Below, in pieces: positions 60,261 through 64,000 of a DNA stretch of 64,000 nt. Every line of letters begins with the position of its first letter. Position 1 is the stretch's first letter. The position numbers and the translations under genes are program-made. Source of the DNA: Candidatus Melainabacteria bacterium 17Bon1m (GTDB lineage Bacteria; Cyanobacteriota; Vampirovibrionia; Obscuribacterales; Obscuribacteraceae). The stretch is from contig JAVLKG010000010.1 of the NCBI GenBank assembly GCA_032128875.1, positions 64,001-128,000 of the forward strand. The letters run 5' to 3'. Below the pieces are notes generated by a model, which had not been told where the DNA came from, ran no database searches, and saw only the letters and a list, made by a program, of their open reading frames with translations.

Positions 60261-62783
60261 CTAGGGTTTAGCGGGACCTTCTGGTTTTGCCGGAGCCGCA
60301 GCCGGATTTTCAGTCTGCCCTGGTACCGCCACCGGTGCTGCTGCAGGCGTCGCTGCCGGCGCAGCGGTTGATGTAGCAGATGGAGCTGGCGATGGCGTAA
60401 CCGATTGCGCTGGTGCCGGAGCAGCTGCTGGTGCTGGGGCAGCAGACGGAGCTGGCGCAGACTTTCGCATCTCCTGATCTAGATATTTTTTGATCTCATC
60501 GGGTGGAACGACCGGCATATTGGTTTCAATTTTAGGATCAAGCGACAAAGCCTTGGCTTTGAACGCTGCCGCTCGCGCTGCATTCTTTTCTGCTCTAGCG
60601 ATGAAATACTGCAAGTAATTCACTTGAGCTTCATCCCCACCTAACTTACTTGCAGTCTCGACGGCTTCTTTGGCTTCGTCAATTCTATTCAATTCAAGCG
60701 CCGCACGAGCGAACAATAGTTGTCCTTCGGCAGTGGGAAGCTCTTTCATACTTCTTTCCATCAGCTTATAAGCTTGCGGAATGAGACTGGGCAACCTGCT
60801 ACCCAGATAAGCCGTAACGATCGGCTCGACGTATTGTTTGTTGCGTTGGTCTTGTACAAAACCCTGCTGCAACTCATAAATGGAAGGTACATATTCTTTG
60901 TTGTTGAGCAAATGCATGCCCATCAAATAGTGAAGTTGTGCCGTATCACCGAGCACGGCTCTTGCCTCATCGACGAGTTGCTTCACGCGCCCGTAGTCGC
61001 CCTGGCGGACTAATGCGTCTGCCAACTGAGCCTGGCACTGCGCAACGATAATGGAGGAAGCTTTGTTTTCTTGCGCGAGTTTGAGAGCAGTTTCAAACTC
61101 CTTAAAAGCCTCGGTGTTCGCTCCTTCATACTGCTGAATTCTTCCCAGCAACAAGTGAGCAAGCGGCGATTGGGGATCAAGTTTTAGAGCCTCGTCTGCT
61201 TCCTTTTTCGCATCCGGGGTCTTCTTCTCGTTCAAAGCAATGAAGCCGAGCTTGGCGTGAGCGCGTGCACTCTGAGAGTTCGTTTTAAGGACTTCTTTCC
61301 ATAGTGCCGCTTCAGAAGACCAGGCGAGCGCGCGCCAATTCGACAATCCAGCCAACCCGACAAAGAGAATAGCGAGCGAAGCTGCGACTTGTTTGAAGGA
61401 AACGATTGCCATTTTGGAGATCAAATAACCAATGACAATCGAAAGTCCTATTAGAGAAATGTAATAGCGAGCATCAGACACAACCTCGCCTTGTGGGAGC
61501 ACAAAGTCAGGGAACGGACCGATTAACGTGAGGGTGAGACCCAAGACTAGGGGCGGAACAGATCGGAATTTATAAGCAAGGAAAGCGATACCGGCAAAGG
61601 CAGCTACACCCAACAAAGCAAGAGGATCAGTAAAACCTGTTGCCACTACCAGTGGTGGTTCAACAGAAAGACCGCCTGGCACTGCAAAACAACGCAAGAA
61701 GTATGTGACGAAGGCCTTGAACTGAGATGCCAAATATTGATCAAACGGCAACGTCGCAAGACCGATGCCGTTATTGAGGGTGGTCGGAATTCCTCTGGTA
61801 ATAACGTAGATTATCGCGGCTGAAACCATGCCAATAATTGTCAGATCGGACCAGCGCAATTTCACGAACTCGTCGAAGCTCATATCCGCAGGCTTTGCGA
61901 GGATAGCAAGACAGGACAGCGCTATAGGCAAAGTTATCGCGGCGGGGCCGGAGAGCACAGCCATGACAACGCACGCCAACATAGCTGTATAGAGAAGCAC
62001 CATATTCAGTGGCTTGCGCGCAACAAATCCTGCAAAGAACAACAACATTGCCAGAACGTAGTTCGCACCTACCAATGCCATTTCGCGCCCAGGAATATAA
62101 GAAATAATCTCGGATGCTAGAGGATGACAGGCAAGCATACCGGCGGAGGCAAAGGCGAAATGCTCAGGTTTCACAGCGATGCGGTTCTCGAATCTCCAAT
62201 ACCTGCCGAGTTGAAACACGAGAAAGAACAAATAAAGACAAGTGAGCGCATGTAAAGTCAGGTTGACCATGTGAAACCAAATCAGACTTGTTGATTTCAG
62301 ATCTAAGGCCAGACCTACATTTGTCCACAAATTCGAAAGAGGCGTAGACAGTCCACTGCCAACCAAACGAGACCAGAATTCGTCACTGTTGGCGCCCATT
62401 TTGAGCGGAGTCAATATCAACTGGTCATTGAGAACGAACTGACCGAACAAACCGGTGATATGCGAAAAAATTGCCAAGACGCAAACGATAGTAGCGGCAA
62501 TTGAAATTGTTTTCCAATCAATCGCATCTACATCAGCCAGGGCATCCGCGTCTGATGAGGACGAAGCAGTCGCTCTGGCCGATTTGCTCTTGGGCTTCGG
62601 AACGCTCGGAACCCGTGTCGGTCTTGCGTCCCACATACGAAACATGTTCTCGTTCTTGAGCTCGCGCTTGCCTTCACCGGCATCGGAAGAGGATTTACCA
62701 TCGGTAGAAGTGACAGCAGACTCAGCCTTCTCTGTTGTGTTCTCACCAGCCTGCTTCTGCTTCTTATTCTTCGCTTTGCTCAT
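60261..62783 (-). CDS. TMTC-like GT-C membrane protein with C-terminal TPR repeats and Pro/Ala tail
   Basis: FHMVNLTLH, HPLASE..SYI.GR, R.Y, W.SE.ALW...L..N.SARAH followed by TPRs. Confidence 0.85.
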   Translation of the reverse strand: MSKAKNKKQKQAGENTTEKAESAVTSTDGKSSSDAGEGKRELKNENMFRMWDARPTRVPSVPKPKSKSARATASSSSDADALADVDAIDWKTISIAATIVCVLAIFSHITGLFGQFVLNDQLILTPLKMGANSDEFWSRLVGSGLSTPLSNLWTNVGLALDLKSTSLIWFHMVNLTLHALTCLYLFFLVFQLGRYWRFENRIAVKPEHFAFASAGMLACHPLASEIISYIPGREMALVGANYVLAMLLFFAGFVARKPLNMVLLYTAMLACVVMAVLSGPAAITLPIALSCLAILAKPADMSFDEFVKLRWSDLTIIGMVSAAIIYVITRGIPTTLNNGIGLATLPFDQYLASQFKAFVTYFLRCFAVPGGLSVEPPLVVATGFTDPLALLGVAAFAGIAFLAYKFRSVPPLVLGLTLTLIGPFPDFVLPQGEVVSDARYYISLIGLSIVIGYLISKMAIVSFKQVAASLAILFVGLAGLSNWRALAWSSEAALWKEVLKTNSQSARAHAKLGFIALNEKKTPDAKKEADEALKLDPQSPLAHLLLGRIQQYEGANTEAFKEFETALKLAQENKASSIIVAQCQAQLADALVRQGDYGRVKQLVDEARAVLGDTAQLHYLMGMHLLNNKEYVPSIYELQQGFVQDQRNKQYVEPIVTAYLGSRLPSLIPQAYKLMERSMKELPTAEGQLLFARAALELNRIDEAKEAVETASKLGGDEAQVNYLQYFIARAEKNAARAAAFKAKALSLDPKIETNMPVVPPDEIKKYLDQEMRKSAPAPSAAPAPAAAPAPAQSVTPSPAPSATSTAAPAATPAAAPVAVPGQTENPAAAPAKPEGPAKP

Positions 62784-62859
62784 TGTTTTTATCGCTTTTT
62801 ACTTTTGATCTGTTTTACGGTAACCCGGTTTCCTAGCAAGTTTTTGTCGTTTTCTACTC

Positions 62860-64000
62860 TTAGCCAATCTCTTTCGCCATTCGTCCAAGCAAACGACTGA
62901 AAAGCCTTGGCGATGCAAATCCGGAATCAAAGAATTGTGCTTTGTCCTTCGGCAACTGACTGACCTGCACCACTTCTTTGTCTAGCAAGAAATATGCTTC
63001 ATAGAAATCGGCGATGCTAACCTCGTGCACCTTCTTGGTCATAGCTTGCGCTTTCACATAGAGGATTGCAGTAAGAAAATTCGCGACAATATTGTTGTAA
63101 CCAGCGACCACAGAAAGCCCGCTCATCGATGGTCCGCAGAAGCCTTTGCTGAACACTTTCATATAGAGATAACGGCGCAAAAACTGATTGATTTCCGGAG
63201 ACAAGTCACCGACTTTGTACTTACGCACATCAGGAATGCTGACCACGCCCGTATCAGGAAATTCAATTTTCGCCCCGAGTACAGAGCGGAAACCAGCCTT
63301 CAAAACCTTCGGCTCCATCAGCGGACTCTTGTTAGCTGCAGCCCAGTTGGCGGCGTACTGTTTGCGCAAAAGAGGCCATTCAAAACTGCGGAAACACTGG
63401 AGATTGAAAAGCATGTTCTCGAATGTTGTCGGCGGCTCTTGCTTATAGCGCTCGATGGTTTCAGGAGGGATTGCCAACCCCGACAGCTGACTCAAATCTT
63501 CGCCTTTATTCTTGATCTTGAGAGCTTCAAGAAGCAGTTCTCCAGCGGCAATGAGAGTGTCAAAAATATTCGGATGCTCTTGCGACTTGATGAGTTCAAT
63601 CAAGCGGCTATCGATATGCATGTACTCTTGCCAGGTCAAGGCGACGCCGGGCACTAAATTGACGTCGTATTTAACCGCCTTCAGATTTTCAGCGGTAATC
63701 TTGGATGCGACGTCGGAAACCTGCTGAGTACTGCGTCCTTGGGCACGTTCATGATCAACCGTCTGCTGCCAAATTTCAGCCAGCATTTTGCGCTGGTCCG
63801 TAAGCAGGTTACCCAAGTTGCGCACCGAAGCCATGCTGTTCGACACGACGCTCACGAAGATACCTGAAGGTGTAGGCACGAAAGTGTAAGGAAACAGCTT
63901 GCACATCTCTGGCTTCTGCGACTCACCAAGCGACGCGTGGATAAAGCAGAGATTGTCGAAGAGAAACGGACAGGTGCCATCTGGACGAGACTTAGTGAAA
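62860..64000 (-). CDS. YkgJ/FliB-like cysteine-cluster protein (N-terminus outside the window)
   Basis: Frame is open upstream of the track start to the window edge: FTKSRPDGTCPFLFDNLCFIHASLGESQKPEMCKLFP, matching the C.FL...C.IH...KP..C..FP motif. Confidence 0.8.
   Translation of the reverse strand, partial: FTKSRPDGTCPFLFDNLCFIHASLGESQKPEMCKLFPYTFVPTPSGIFVSVVSNSMASVRNLGNLLTDQRKMLAEIWQQTVDHERAQGRSTQQVSDVASKITAENLKAVKYDVNLVPGVALTWQEYMHIDSRLIELIKSQEHPNIFDTLIAAGELLLEALKIKNKGEDLSQLSGLAIPPETIERYKQEPPTTFENMLFNLQCFRSFEWPLLRKQYAANWAAANKSPLMEPKVLKAGFRSVLGAKIEFPDTGVVSIPDVRKYKVGDLSPEINQFLRRYLYMKVFSKGFCGPSMSGLSVVAGYNNIVANFLTAILYVKAQAMTKKVHEVSIADFYEAYFLLDKEVVQVSQLPKDKAQFFDSGFASPRLFSRLLGRMAKEIG

Overview
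A bacterial chromosomal window of roughly 50% GC, densely coding and mostly housekeeping or envelope genes. The protein style (secreted TPR/thioredoxin-like fusions, several GT-C proteins) suggests a non-photosynthetic Cyanobacteriota relative such as Obscuribacterales, but that is an impression, not a result. Recognisable genes: folC, a NUDIX hydrolase, an MBOAT-SGNH-GT2-GT4 surface-glycan cluster, a TauE/SafE transporter, a SpoU/TrmH methylase, acs, dnaB, grpE-dnaK-dnaJ, a DUF1611 + enolase-superfamily epimerase pair, GntR and Fur regulators, a CHAD protein, trxB coupled to a heme-oxygenase-like diiron enzyme, YyaL, an amylo-alpha-1,6-glucosidase, and divergent ligD/ku. No rRNA, tRNA, CRISPR array or transposase was seen. 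Main signals missing from the ORF track: (1) two copies, about 2.3 kb apart (~17757-17968 and ~20041-20252), of an unidentified ~210-nt structured RNA with compensatory base changes, a -10 box, a terminator and a colinear conserved upstream region; (2) an ArsC/glutaredoxin-like selenoprotein with an in-frame UGA in a UxxC motif and a SECIS-like hairpin (21070-21420, minus); (3) a multi-hairpin leader before acs; (4) GTAG-type REP palindromes concentrated between convergent genes; (5) a DnaK with an apparently duplicated lid subdomain; (6) two small hydrophobic ORFs and a >979-aa membrane protein running off the left edge. All structures and alignments were done by eye.
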